Positions 26,420-35,379 of a stretch of 64,000 nt of DNA are shown piece by piece (positions within the stretch are counted from its first letter, which is position 1; every line of letters begins with the position of its first letter). A program made the position numbers and the translations under genes. Source of the DNA: Tabrizicola sp. GTDB taxonomy: Bacteria; Pseudomonadota; Alphaproteobacteria; Rhodobacterales; Rhodobacteraceae. The stretch lies in the NCBI GenBank assembly GCA_025458105.1, contig JALOTD010000007.1, positions 21,712 to 85,711 on the forward strand, in the 5' to 3' direction. Under the pieces are notes generated by a model that saw only the letters and a list, made by a program, of their open reading frames with translations, searched no databases and was not told the origin of the DNA.

Positions 26420-27336
26420 GGCAAGACCCCCGGCGCGACCGAGTAAAGTTCGCCCGGTGTGACCAACAGGTCGACGGCAATGCGGATCGAGACAGCAAGG
26501 ACCAGAAGCGACAGAAGGATGCGCAGCTGTTCGGCCTTTAGCCGCACGCCAACCCGCGTGCCGATCTGCGCGCCGACCACGCCGCCCAAGATCAGGAGAA
26601 GCGCCAGAAGCATGTCGACGGTCTGGCTCGTGACCGCATGCATGACCGTGGTGAAGGCGGTGACGAAGATGATCTGGAAGAGCGAGGTGCCGATCACGAC
26701 CTTTGTGGGCATCCCCAGAAGATAGATCATCGCGGGCACCATGATGAACCCGCCGCCCACGCCCATGATCGCGGCCAGAAAGCCCACGGCCGCCCCGATC
26801 ATCAGGGGCGGGATCACGCTGATGTACAGGCCGCTTGCCCGAAACTTCATCTTGAAGGGCAGGCCATGGACCCAGGAATGCACATGGCTGCGCCGGACCG
26901 GCGCACCGGGCTTGCGGGCGCGCAGAAGGCTCCGCAGGCTTTCCTGGAACATCATGGCGCCGATGAGTCCAAGAAAAACGACATAGGACAACTGCACGAA
27001 GAGGTCGATCTGACCCAGCGCCGTCATCAGCCGGAAGACCCAGACGCCGATCGCAGACCCGATCAGACCGCCGCCCAAGAGGACCCAGCCCATGGTGAAA
27101 TCCACGCCCTTGCGCTTAAGCTGCGCCAGAACGCCCGAGATCGACGAAGCCACCACCTGGTTCGCGCCGGTTGCCACGGCCACGGCAGGCGGGACGCCGA
27201 TGAAGAACAGAAGCGGCGTGATCAGGAAGCCGCCACCCACCCCGAACATGCCGGACAGGAACCCTACGATCCCGCCCAAGCCCAACAGCAGGAAGGCATT
27301 GACCGAGACCTCGGCGATGGGGAGGTAAAGCTGCAT
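26416..27336 (-). CDS. TauE/SafE-family anion exporter (DUF81)
   Basis: GFLSGMFGVGGGFLITPLL in the first half, repeated as GFLAAIMGVGGGFIMVPAM in the second half. 306 aa, polytopic. Confidence 0.85.
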   Translation of the reverse strand: MQLYLPIAEVSVNAFLLLGLGGIVGFLSGMFGVGGGFLITPLLFFIGVPPAVAVATGANQVVASSISGVLAQLKRKGVDFTMGWVLLGGGLIGSAIGVWVFRLMTALGQIDLFVQLSYVVFLGLIGAMMFQESLRSLLRARKPGAPVRRSHVHSWVHGLPFKMKFRASGLYISVIPPLMIGAAVGFLAAIMGVGGGFIMVPAMIYLLGMPTKVVIGTSLFQIIFVTAFTTVMHAVTSQTVDMLLALLLILGGVVGAQIGTRVGVRLKAEQLRILLSLLVLAVSIRIAVDLLVTPGELYSVAPGVLP

Positions 27337-27416
27337 GGCGGCCCAATCGGGGCAAAAGCGGCGGGGTGTTCAAAGGCTTGCGCGCCTTTGACCGGGATGT
27401 CAAATCCGGTTTTCCC

Positions 27417-28185
27417 CTATCGGAGGGAAGCCAGGAATTCCCTGAGAATGCGTTCCAGTTTTGCCGCACCCAGGGGGGCCATGGCCTTGGTATGCTCATG
27501 CCCGATCTTCTCGTCCGAGAGCCCCGCGCCCATGTTGGTGATGGTCGAGATGGCGGCAACCCTCAGACCCAGGAAGCGGGCCAGGATGACCTCGGGCACC
27601 GTCGACATGCCGACCGCATCGCCGCCCAGAAGCTTGAGCATGCGGATTTCGGCGGGCGTTTCGAAGCTGGGGCCGGAATACCAGCAGTAGACGCCTTCCA
27701 GGAGGTCCAGCCCCTCCCGCGCGGCGGCAGCCTTTAGCGCGGCCCGAAGTCCGGGATCATGCGCATCGGTCATCGGCACAATTGTAGTTGATGTGGTCCG
27801 ACAGAAGCATGACGTTGCCCGGCGGGATGTCTGCGCGCAGCGACCCTGCGGCATTGGTCAGGATCAGGTCGGTCGCGCCCAGGTCCTTCAGCACCTGCAA
27901 CGGCAGCAGCATCGCCCGCGGATTGCCGGATTCGTAGTAATGCTCGCGCGCGCCAAAGACTGCGACGCGGACGCCCTCCAGATCACCGATGTGCAGATTC
28001 GGATTGTGACCCGACACGCCGACATGCGGAAAGCCCGGCAGATCAGCGTAAGGGATCGCCACGCCTTGGACCTGATGCGCGATATGGCCAAGGCCCGAGC
28101 CGAGGATCAGCCCCAGCCGCACCGGGGCGTCGCCCGCGCGGCCGCGGATCAGACTGGCAAGGGTCGCGGCATCGGACATCGGCAT
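27417..28185 (-). pseudogene. purine nucleoside phosphorylase (PunA/XapA type) with internal deletion and frameshift
   Basis: The 5' ORF (27757-28185) has LILGSGLG..GFP...VSGH..TNAAGSL..LLSDHINYN and then a premature stop. The 3' ORF (27417-27854) is in a different frame and resumes at VPMTDAHDPGL..SGPSFETPAE..VGMSTVPEV. About 15 conserved residues between them are missing. Confidence 0.75.
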
Positions 28186-28279
28186 CGCCTCTGGCTGGCA
28201 GAGGACCGGGGGGTTTCACACCCCCCGGACCCCCCGTGGGATATTTGGGCAAAGATGGAACACAATTTGAATCGAAGTG

Positions 28280-29254
28280 TCAGCGTTCCTTGACGTAGGG
28301 CTCGCCCCCCGCGCGGGGTGGGATCGCCTTGCCGATGAAGCCTGCCAGCACGATGACGGTCAGAATGTACGGCAGGGCGTCCAGAAGCGGGACGGGGACC
28401 TTTACCTGCACCACGGCCTCGACAACATCAGGTCGCAGCGCCAGCGCCTGGAAGAAGCCGAACAGCAGGCAGGCCCAAAGTGCGGCCACTGGACGCCATT
28501 TGGCGAAGATCAGGGCGGCGAGCGCGATATAGCCGCGCCCCGCCGTCATCTCTCGCCCGAAGCCCGCTTGCAGGGCCGTCGCCATATAGGCCCCAGCCAG
28601 CCCGCAGAGGACGCCTGTGATGGCGACAGCAGCGAAGCGAAGGCCTACGACCGAGACGCCGGCCGTGTCCACCGCCGCAGGGTTTTCCCCCACGGCGCGC
28701 AGGCGCAACCCGAACCGCGTGCGGTTCAGAACCCACCAGGACAGGGGCACCATGGCCAGCGCGACGTAGACGAGGAGCGAGTGACCCGAGATGACCTCGT
28801 AATACAGCGGGCCAAGCACGGGCACGCCACGAAGCGCCTCGGCAAAGGGCAGAGTCAACTCGCCGAAGCGCGTTCCCTCCTCGACCGAGAGGGGCGGTGT
28901 GCGACCGCCTTGGGCGAAGAGCGCGGTCGCGATCAGCACCGTAATCCCCGAGGCAAGGAAGTTCAGAGCCACGCCCGAAATCAGCTGGTTCCCCCGGAAG
29001 GTGATCGAGGCAATCCCGTGGATGGCCGCAAAGATCAGCGAGGCACCGATGCCAGCCAGAAGCCCAACCCAGACCGAACCGGTCAGGAAAGCCACCGAGG
29101 CCGAAGCCATGGCAGCGGCGAGCATCTTGCCTTCAAGCCCGATGTCGAAAATGCCGGAGCGTTCGGAGAAAAGTCCCGCGAGGCAGGCCAGAAGCAGCGG
29201 CGTCGACAGTCGGAGCGTCGTGTCAAGGATCTGCAGAAGTGTTCCGTAATCCAT
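28280..29254 (-). CDS. ABC transporter permease (nucleoside/BMP-type, second subunit)
   Basis: Start at MDYGTLLQIL (ATGA overlap with the upstream permease). FSERSGIFDIGLEGKML is typical of this permease family. Confidence 0.85.
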   Translation of the reverse strand: MDYGTLLQILDTTLRLSTPLLLACLAGLFSERSGIFDIGLEGKMLAAAMASASVAFLTGSVWVGLLAGIGASLIFAAIHGIASITFRGNQLISGVALNFLASGITVLIATALFAQGGRTPPLSVEEGTRFGELTLPFAEALRGVPVLGPLYYEVISGHSLLVYVALAMVPLSWWVLNRTRFGLRLRAVGENPAAVDTAGVSVVGLRFAAVAITGVLCGLAGAYMATALQAGFGREMTAGRGYIALAALIFAKWRPVAALWACLLFGFFQALALRPDVVEAVVQVKVPVPLLDALPYILTVIVLAGFIGKAIPPRAGGEPYVKER

Positions 29255-30411
29255 CACGCGGCCCCCAATCTCTGGCTGCGGAACAGGCCGAAGATCCGGG
29301 TCAGGATCATTCGCACCATCATGTCCAAGGCGCCGGTGAACAGGATCACCAGTCCCTGCACGACGATCCGCATTTCCGGCGGGATCTGCAGGATCAGGCC
29401 AAGCTCGGCGCCCCCCTGATACAGAAACCCAAAGAGGAGCGCCGCCAGCACCACACCCAGCGGATGGTTCCGCCCCATCAGCGCCACCGCGATGCCGATG
29501 AAGCCCGCCCCTTCCGAGGAGTTCTGAAGAAGGCGCCCGGCTTCGCCCATCACGTTGTTGACGCTCATCATGCCCGCCAGCGCGCCGGAAATCAGCATGG
29601 CCACCATGATGATCCAGACCGGGTTGATCCCGGCATAGCGGGCGGCGGGTTCGGACTTGCCGAAAGCGCGGATCTGGTAGCCCAGCCGCGTGCGCCACAT
29701 CAGCGCCCAGACCACGACCGCCATGGCCAGCGCGAGGAACAGGGTCACGTTCGCGGGCACCCCGGTGAACATCAACTCACCCTTGGAGTTCACACGCTGC
29801 ACGCCCTCGGCGTCCAGGACGGCGTAGAACTGCTGGATGACCGGGATCTGGTTCAGCGTCGGCAAGGCGGTGCCTTCCGGGAACCGGGCCGAGGCCGGGT
29901 CCATCTGGCCATCGGGGCGCAGGACGTCGACCAGAAGATAGACCAGAAGCGCCGCCGCGATGTAGTTGAACATGATCGTGGTAATGACGATATGGCTGCC
30001 GCGCTTGGCTTGCAAATAGGCCGGGATCGCCGCCCAGGCCGCGCCGAACACGGCCGCGCCCGTGGCTGCCGCCGCCAGCGCCAGCGTCCAGTGCGGCCAA
30101 TCGATCGAAAGGCAGACCAGCGCCACGCCGAGGGCACCCAGCTGCGCCTGCCCCTCGCCGCCGATGTTGAAGAGGCCCGCGTGGAAGGCCACGGTCACGG
30201 CGAGCCCGGTGAAGATGAAGCTGGTGGTATAGTAGAGCGTGTAGCCCCAGCCATAGGCCGACCCCAAGGCACCCTCGACCATGACGTTAAACGCCTCGAC
30301 CGGACTTTGGCCGATGGATAGAAGCACGAGGGCCGAGATGATCGCGGCCAGCGTCAGCGACACCAGAGGAACAAGGACCACATCGGCCCAGCGCGGCAAG
30401 CGGTCCATCAC
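29254..30411 (-). CDS. ABC transporter permease (nucleoside/BMP-type, first subunit)
   Basis: 385 aa, polytopic, with GLFNIGGEGQ. It overlaps the ATPase gene stop. Confidence 0.85.
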   Translation of the reverse strand: MMDRLPRWADVVLVPLVSLTLAAIISALVLLSIGQSPVEAFNVMVEGALGSAYGWGYTLYYTTSFIFTGLAVTVAFHAGLFNIGGEGQAQLGALGVALVCLSIDWPHWTLALAAAATGAAVFGAAWAAIPAYLQAKRGSHIVITTIMFNYIAAALLVYLLVDVLRPDGQMDPASARFPEGTALPTLNQIPVIQQFYAVLDAEGVQRVNSKGELMFTGVPANVTLFLALAMAVVVWALMWRTRLGYQIRAFGKSEPAARYAGINPVWIIMVAMLISGALAGMMSVNNVMGEAGRLLQNSSEGAGFIGIAVALMGRNHPLGVVLAALLFGFLYQGGAELGLILQIPPEMRIVVQGLVILFTGALDMMVRMILTRIFGLFRSQRLGAA

Positions 30412-31952
30412 GCAGCCTCCCCTTTGCCCGCCATCCCGGCCATCATCATCCCAAGCTCGCGTTCGTCAGTCTTTTCCGGGTCTCGGAAGCCCATCAGGCG
30501 GCCGTCGAACATCACGGCGATGCGGTCGGACAGCGACATGATCTCGTCCAGCTCCACGCTGACCAGAAGCACGGCCTTGCCCGCATCGCGCAGGGCGACG
30601 ATCTGCTTGTGGATGAACTCGATCGCGCCGATGTCGACGCCTCGGGTTGGCTGGCCGATCAGCAGGAGGTCAGGGTTCTGCTCGATCTCGCGCGCCACGA
30701 CGATCTTCTGCTGGTTGCCGCCGGAGAAGCTTTTTGCGGGCAAGGTCGGGATCGGTGGGCGGACGTCGAATTTCTCCATCTTGCGGGCGGTGTCGGCCCG
30801 CAGGGCGTCGTTGTCCATGAAAAGCGCGTTCTTCTGATATTCGGGTTCGTTGAAATAACCGAAGGCCACGTTTTCCCAGGCGGTGAAATCCAAGATCAGG
30901 CCATAGTGGTGCCGGTCCTCGGGCACATGGGCTATCCCTGCGCGGCGGCGGCTTTGCCCGTCTGAGCCCTTACCTGACAGGGGCAGGTCCGCGCCCTTCA
31001 GCGTGACTTTGCCCGTGGCCCGCATCATGCCCCCCAGGGCAGCGAGCAGTTCCGACTGGCCATTGCCCGCCACGCCCGCGATCCCCAGGATTTCCCCCGC
31101 GCGGATGTCAAAGCTGACGCCTTTCAGCCGTTCCACCTTGTGTTCGTCGCGCACCCGCAGGTCCTCGACCTTCAGGATCACCTCACCCGGGGTGGCGGGC
31201 TTCTTTTCCACCTCAAGCAGGACCTTGCGGCCGACCATCAGTTCGGCCAGCTGTTCGGGGCTGGTCTCGTCGGTCTTCACCGTGGCCACCATCGTCCCGC
31301 GCCGCATGACGCTGACGTTGTCGGTGGCCTCCATGATCTCGCGCAGCTTGTGCGTGATCAGGATGATCGTCTTGCCCTGCTCTTTCAGCCCTTTCAGGAT
31401 GCGGAACAGATGGTCGGCCTCCGCCGGGGTAAGAACGCCCGTGGGTTCGTCGAGAATCAGGATGTCGGCCTGACGATACAGCGCCTTCAGGATCTCGACC
31501 CGCTGCTGGTGCCCCACCGAAAGGTCCTCGATCAGCGCATCGGGGTCCACGTCCAGTTCATAGTCGCGGGACAGCCCCTCCAATACCTTGCGCGCCTTGG
31601 CGAGGCTGGTGTTGAGCAATTGCCCCTCCTCGGCCCCCAGGATCACGTTCTCCAGCACGGTAAAGTTCTGCACCAGCTTGAAATGCTGGAAGACCATGCC
31701 GATCCCGGCGCGGATCGCGCTTTGGCTGTCGGGGATTGCGGTCAGTTTGCCGCCCACGAAGATCTGTCCGGCGTCGGCCTTGTAGAAGCCGTAGAGGATC
31801 GACATCAGCGTGGACTTGCCCGCGCCGTTTTCACCGATGATCCCGTGGATCGTGCCGCGCGGAACCGCGATGTTGATGTCCTTGTTCGCCTGGACCGGGC
31901 CGAAGGCCTTGGAAATGCCCTTCAGCTCGATGGCGAGTGCACTGTCCGCCAT
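30408..31952 (-). CDS. ABC transporter ATP-binding protein with duplicated nucleotide-binding domains
   Basis: Walker A GENGAGKST, signature LSVGHQQR, Walker B ILILDEP, and a second signature FSGGNQQK. 514 aa. Confidence 0.9.
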   Translation of the reverse strand: MADSALAIELKGISKAFGPVQANKDINIAVPRGTIHGIIGENGAGKSTLMSILYGFYKADAGQIFVGGKLTAIPDSQSAIRAGIGMVFQHFKLVQNFTVLENVILGAEEGQLLNTSLAKARKVLEGLSRDYELDVDPDALIEDLSVGHQQRVEILKALYRQADILILDEPTGVLTPAEADHLFRILKGLKEQGKTIILITHKLREIMEATDNVSVMRRGTMVATVKTDETSPEQLAELMVGRKVLLEVEKKPATPGEVILKVEDLRVRDEHKVERLKGVSFDIRAGEILGIAGVAGNGQSELLAALGGMMRATGKVTLKGADLPLSGKGSDGQSRRRAGIAHVPEDRHHYGLILDFTAWENVAFGYFNEPEYQKNALFMDNDALRADTARKMEKFDVRPPIPTLPAKSFSGGNQQKIVVAREIEQNPDLLLIGQPTRGVDIGAIEFIHKQIVALRDAGKAVLLVSVELDEIMSLSDRIAVMFDGRLMGFRDPEKTDERELGMMMAGMAGKGEAA

Positions 31953-32074
31953 GTACCACCCCCCTTGTCCCCCTGTTTGTCAGGGCGACCGCCGCTCATC
32001 CCCGCGGCCTTTTCGTTTAGCAAAAGTGCCGCGCCAGAGACCCGGCGCGGCACTGTCATTTGGTCCTTAGCGGA

Positions 32075-33067
32075 TCAGAACGTGGCCGCCGGGCAGGTGT
32101 TGTCCGACATGTAGTCGTGCACGACCAGTTCGCCCGACTTGATCTTCTCGGCCGCGGCATCGACAGCCGCCTGCATTTCCGGGGTCACGAGGGCGGCGTT
32201 GTTCTCGTCCATCGCATAGCCCACGCCTTCGGACTTGAGGTCGAGGACGTTGATGCCCGGTGCCAGGTCGACGCCTTCCTTGAAGGCGTTGTAGACGGCG
32301 ACGTCCACGCGCTTCAGCATCGAGGTCAGGACCTTGCCGGGGTGCATGCCGTTCTGGTTGCTGTCCACGCCGATCGACAGGATGCCTTCATCCGCCGCCG
32401 CCTGCAGGACGCCCACGCCCGTGCCGCCCGCCGCCGCATAGATCACGTCGGCTCCTTGCGCCTTCTGGCCCTTGGCCAGTTCCGCGCCCTTGACCGGGTC
32501 GTTCCAGGCCGCCGGGGTGGTGCCGGTCATGTTCAGCACGACCTTGGCATCCGGGTTCGCGGCCAGAACGCCCTGGGCATAGCCGCAGCCAAAGCGGCGG
32601 ATCAGCGGAATGTCCATGCCGCCGATGAAGCCGACGGTGCCGGTCTTGGACGCAAGGCCCGCCATCATGCCGACAAGGTACGACCCTTCATGCTCGGTGA
32701 AGACGACCGACTTCACGTTCGGCTGGTCGACGACCATGTCGATGATCGCGAACTTGGTGTCGGGGAAATCGGGGGCGACGGTGTTCAGCACGTCACCAAA
32801 GGCAAAGCCGGTCATGACGACCGGGTTCGCGCCCGATTCCGCCAGACGGCGCAGGGCCTGCTCGCGCTGGGCTTCCGACTGCATCTCCAGTTCCTTGTAG
32901 GTGCCGCCGGTTTCCTTGGCCCACCGCTCGGCGCCGTTGAAGGCGGCTTCGTTGAAGGATTTGTCGAACTTGCCGCCAAGGTCGAAGATGATCGCAGGTT
33001 CCGCCAGCGCGGCCCCGGCGGTCAGGGCGATGGCAGAGGCGCCCAGCAGGGATTTCATGAAGGTCAT
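32075..33067 (-). CDS. BMP-family (basic membrane protein) nucleoside-binding periplasmic protein
   Basis: Start MTFMKSLLGASAIALTAGAALA, preceded by GGGAG. FDLGGKFDKSFNEAA..VGFIGGMDIPLIRRF..GYAQG. Confidence 0.85.
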   Translation of the reverse strand: MTFMKSLLGASAIALTAGAALAEPAIIFDLGGKFDKSFNEAAFNGAERWAKETGGTYKELEMQSEAQREQALRRLAESGANPVVMTGFAFGDVLNTVAPDFPDTKFAIIDMVVDQPNVKSVVFTEHEGSYLVGMMAGLASKTGTVGFIGGMDIPLIRRFGCGYAQGVLAANPDAKVVLNMTGTTPAAWNDPVKGAELAKGQKAQGADVIYAAAGGTGVGVLQAAADEGILSIGVDSNQNGMHPGKVLTSMLKRVDVAVYNAFKEGVDLAPGINVLDLKSEGVGYAMDENNAALVTPEMQAAVDAAAEKIKSGELVVHDYMSDNTCPAATF

Positions 33068-33230
33068 CGGATGCTCCCGGTCGTTGTTGTTGTCGCTCAT
33101 GCCTGCCTGCAACCAATCTGCCCCGCAGAAGGGGGGAGTCGCACGCGGCACTTGGCAAGAGGTTGCGGTCAGTCGCTTCACCCGGTCAAGGGCAATTCGC
33201 TGTGTCCAATCCGGAATTTTGACCGTCCGG

Positions 33231-33671
33231 TCAGGTTGACGCCGGGTCCGCCTGTTCGGCAAGCACCCGGCGCAGGACCAGCGCATCCACCGCCCGCCCT
33301 TCCGGCCCCTGATAATAGCCAAGCCGCCGCCCGGCCTCGGCAAATCCTGCCCGGGCATAAAGCGCCCGCGCGGGGGCGTTGTCTTCGGCCACTTCCAGAA
33401 AGGCACTGTCAGCGTTCCGCAGCCGCGCCTGATACAGGAACCGGCCGACAAGCTTGCGCCCCAGCCCGCGCCGTCGCGCTTCGGGGGCGACGGCGATGGT
33501 CAGAAGCTCCGCTTCGCCCGCCACGGCCCGGCCCAGCAGAAACCCGGCATCGCCTTCGATCAGCAGAAAAGCCAGGGGATCGGTCAGAAAGCCGGCAAAC
33601 TCGGCCTCGGTCCAGGGGCGCGGAGCGGTAAAGCAGCGTGCATGCAGTGCGGCAAGCCCGGCGGGGGTCAT
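33231..33671 (-). CDS. rimI: ribosomal-protein-alanine N-acetyltransferase
   Basis: GNAT core LLTIAVAPEARRRGLGRKL..LEVAEDNAPARALYARAGF. It overlaps the tsaB stop, and tsaB-rimI synteny is conserved. Confidence 0.8.
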   Translation of the reverse strand: MTPAGLAALHARCFTAPRPWTEAEFAGFLTDPLAFLLIEGDAGFLLGRAVAGEAELLTIAVAPEARRRGLGRKLVGRFLYQARLRNADSAFLEVAEDNAPARALYARAGFAEAGRRLGYYQGPEGRAVDALVLRRVLAEQADPAST

Positions 33672-34342
33672 GGCAGGATCACCGGCGGAGGATCAGACGG
33701 CGGCGCGGCATCGGCCCCCCGCAGGTAGAAGGGCGCGGGGCGGGGCCGGGGCGTTGCCGCCCGAACCGCCCCAATCCGCGCAATCGCCTCGACCAGCGGC
33801 ATCGCCGGGGGCAATGCGCCCTCACCCGCTGCCGATCCGGTCGCGGGTCCAACGGGCATCACACGGTCAGCCAGATGCGCAACCCCCGCGCCCTCCGGGG
33901 TGAAGGGCTGCACATAGACCTGGCCGCGCCTGGCGTCCTCGATCACCATGACAGGGAGCGGCTGACCGTAGGCAAGCGCCTCCAGCCGCGTCACACCGAC
34001 CGCCGGAATTCCCAGACCAAGGGCAAGCCCGCGCGCGGCGGCGACAGCGATGCGCACGCCGGTAAAGTTCCCAGGCCCCGTGCCCACGGCCAGCGCCTTC
34101 AGATCGCGCCAGCCGATCCCGCCCTCGGCCAGCACCTCTTCCAGAAGCGGGACCAGACGTTCGGCCTGTCCCTTCTCCATCGGCTCGTCCCTCAGGATCA
34201 CCCGTTCGCCCAGCATCAAAGCGACCGCGCAGTGCGCGGCCGAGGTGTCGAAGGCCAGTAGGGGAAGCTCCTCGTGCGCCTTCGGCTTCTCGTCGCGGTC
34301 CGTATCGCGAAGAGCGACCGAAGGGAAGCGATGAGCCGCCAC
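33668..34342 (-). CDS. tsaB: tRNA t6A37 threonylcarbamoyl transfer protein TsaB
   Basis: LLAFDTSAAHCAVAL.., AVGTGPGNFTGVRIAVAAARGLA. The start is uncertain: it is a GTG at 34342 and the conserved core begins about 28 codons later. Confidence 0.8.
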   Translation of the reverse strand: MAAHRFPSVALRDTDRDEKPKAHEELPLLAFDTSAAHCAVALMLGERVILRDEPMEKGQAERLVPLLEEVLAEGGIGWRDLKALAVGTGPGNFTGVRIAVAAARGLALGLGIPAVGVTRLEALAYGQPLPVMVIEDARRGQVYVQPFTPEGAGVAHLADRVMPVGPATGSAAGEGALPPAMPLVEAIARIGAVRAATPRPRPAPFYLRGADAAPPSDPPPVILP

Positions 34343-34348
34343 GAAGGG

Positions 34349-34909
34349 TCAGGCCGCCACCGGGCGCACTTCCAGCACTTCCGGGATGTAGTGCCGCAAA
34401 AGGTTCTCGATCCCCATCTTCAGCGTCAGCGTGCTGGAGGGGCAGCCCGCGCATGCTCCCTGCATGTGCAGATAGACCACGCCCCGGTCAAAGCCGTGGA
34501 AGGTGATGTCGCCGCCATCCTGCGCCACGGCGGGACGGACGCGCGTGTCCAGAAGCTCCTTGATCTGGCGAACGATGTCGCCATCTTCTCCCGTATGTTC
34601 CGCATGGCCGCCCGCCGCGCCCTCACCCTCGATTACTGGGGCGCCGGACTGGAAATGCTCCATGATCGCACCCAGGATCTGCGGCTTGATATGCGCCCAG
34701 TCCATACTTTCGGCCTTGGTCACGGTGACGAAATCGGTGCCGAAGAACACGCCCGTCACGCCGCCCGCCGCAAAGATGCGCTTGGCCAAGGGCGATTTTG
34801 CCGCTGCATCGGCGGATGGAAAATCGGCGGTGCCCAGCTCCAGCACGGTCTGGCCGGGCAGGAACTTCAGCGTCGCGGGGTTCGGCGTGGATTCGGTCTG
34901 GATGAACAT
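34349..34909 (-). CDS. NifU-family Fe-S cluster scaffold/carrier (Nfu-type)
   Basis: Start MFIQTESTPNPATLKFLPG, and the C-terminal GACAGCPSS motif. Only the last 186 aa of the 355-aa track ORF are used. Confidence 0.88.
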   Translation of the reverse strand: MFIQTESTPNPATLKFLPGQTVLELGTADFPSADAAAKSPLAKRIFAAGGVTGVFFGTDFVTVTKAESMDWAHIKPQILGAIMEHFQSGAPVIEGEGAAGGHAEHTGEDGDIVRQIKELLDTRVRPAVAQDGGDITFHGFDRGVVYLHMQGACAGCPSSTLTLKMGIENLLRHYIPEVLEVRPVAA

Positions 34910-35007
34910 CTGCGGTCTCCGACTGTTCCACTCGGATATGCGCCCTGCACCCCCGACTGTCAAGTTTGGAACCGTTCTAAATCTGCGACAAGGGCGGGAC
35001 GACGGCG

Positions 35008-35379
35008 CTACCAGATCAGCACGACCCCGGCATAGATCAGGACAAGGCCGATCGTGCAGGCCACCGCCAGCGAGCCCAGGTCCTTGGCATCCTTGGCAAA
35101 GGCCGACCAGCCGGGCGACAGGTGATCGACCAGCACCTCCAGCGCGGTATTCAGCGCCTCGACCGCAACCAAAAGCAGCCCCAGCGCCAGAAGACCCAAG
35201 ACTTCCGGCACGCTTGCCCCAAGTACCACGAACAGGACCAGAAGCCCCGCGATCAGCGCCGCCTCCTGCCGGAAGGCGCTTTCCCGCCCCAACCGCCGCA
35301 GACCAGCCGCGGAATAGCCTGCCGCCGCGAAGAAATGCGCCAAACCCGTCTTGCGCGCGGGCTTTTCCTGCAGGCTCAT
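35008..35379 (-). CDS. dgkA: diacylglycerol kinase
   Basis: 123 aa with three TM helices. AFRQEAAL.., VEALNTALEVLVD. It overlaps the eptA stop. Confidence 0.88.
   Translation of the reverse strand: MSLQEKPARKTGLAHFFAAAGYSAAGLRRLGRESAFRQEAALIAGLLVLFVVLGASVPEVLGLLALGLLLVAVEALNTALEVLVDHLSPGWSAFAKDAKDLGSLAVACTIGLVLIYAGVVLIW

Noticed and set aside
32060-33631. 523-aa plus-strand ORF
   Set aside because: It is antisense to the BMP binding-protein and rimI genes and is a shadow ORF. The same applies to 35577-37091 (antisense to eptA), 38249-39610 (antisense to the MATE gene), 28277-29419 and 29239-30321 (antisense to the permeases), and 3507-4622.
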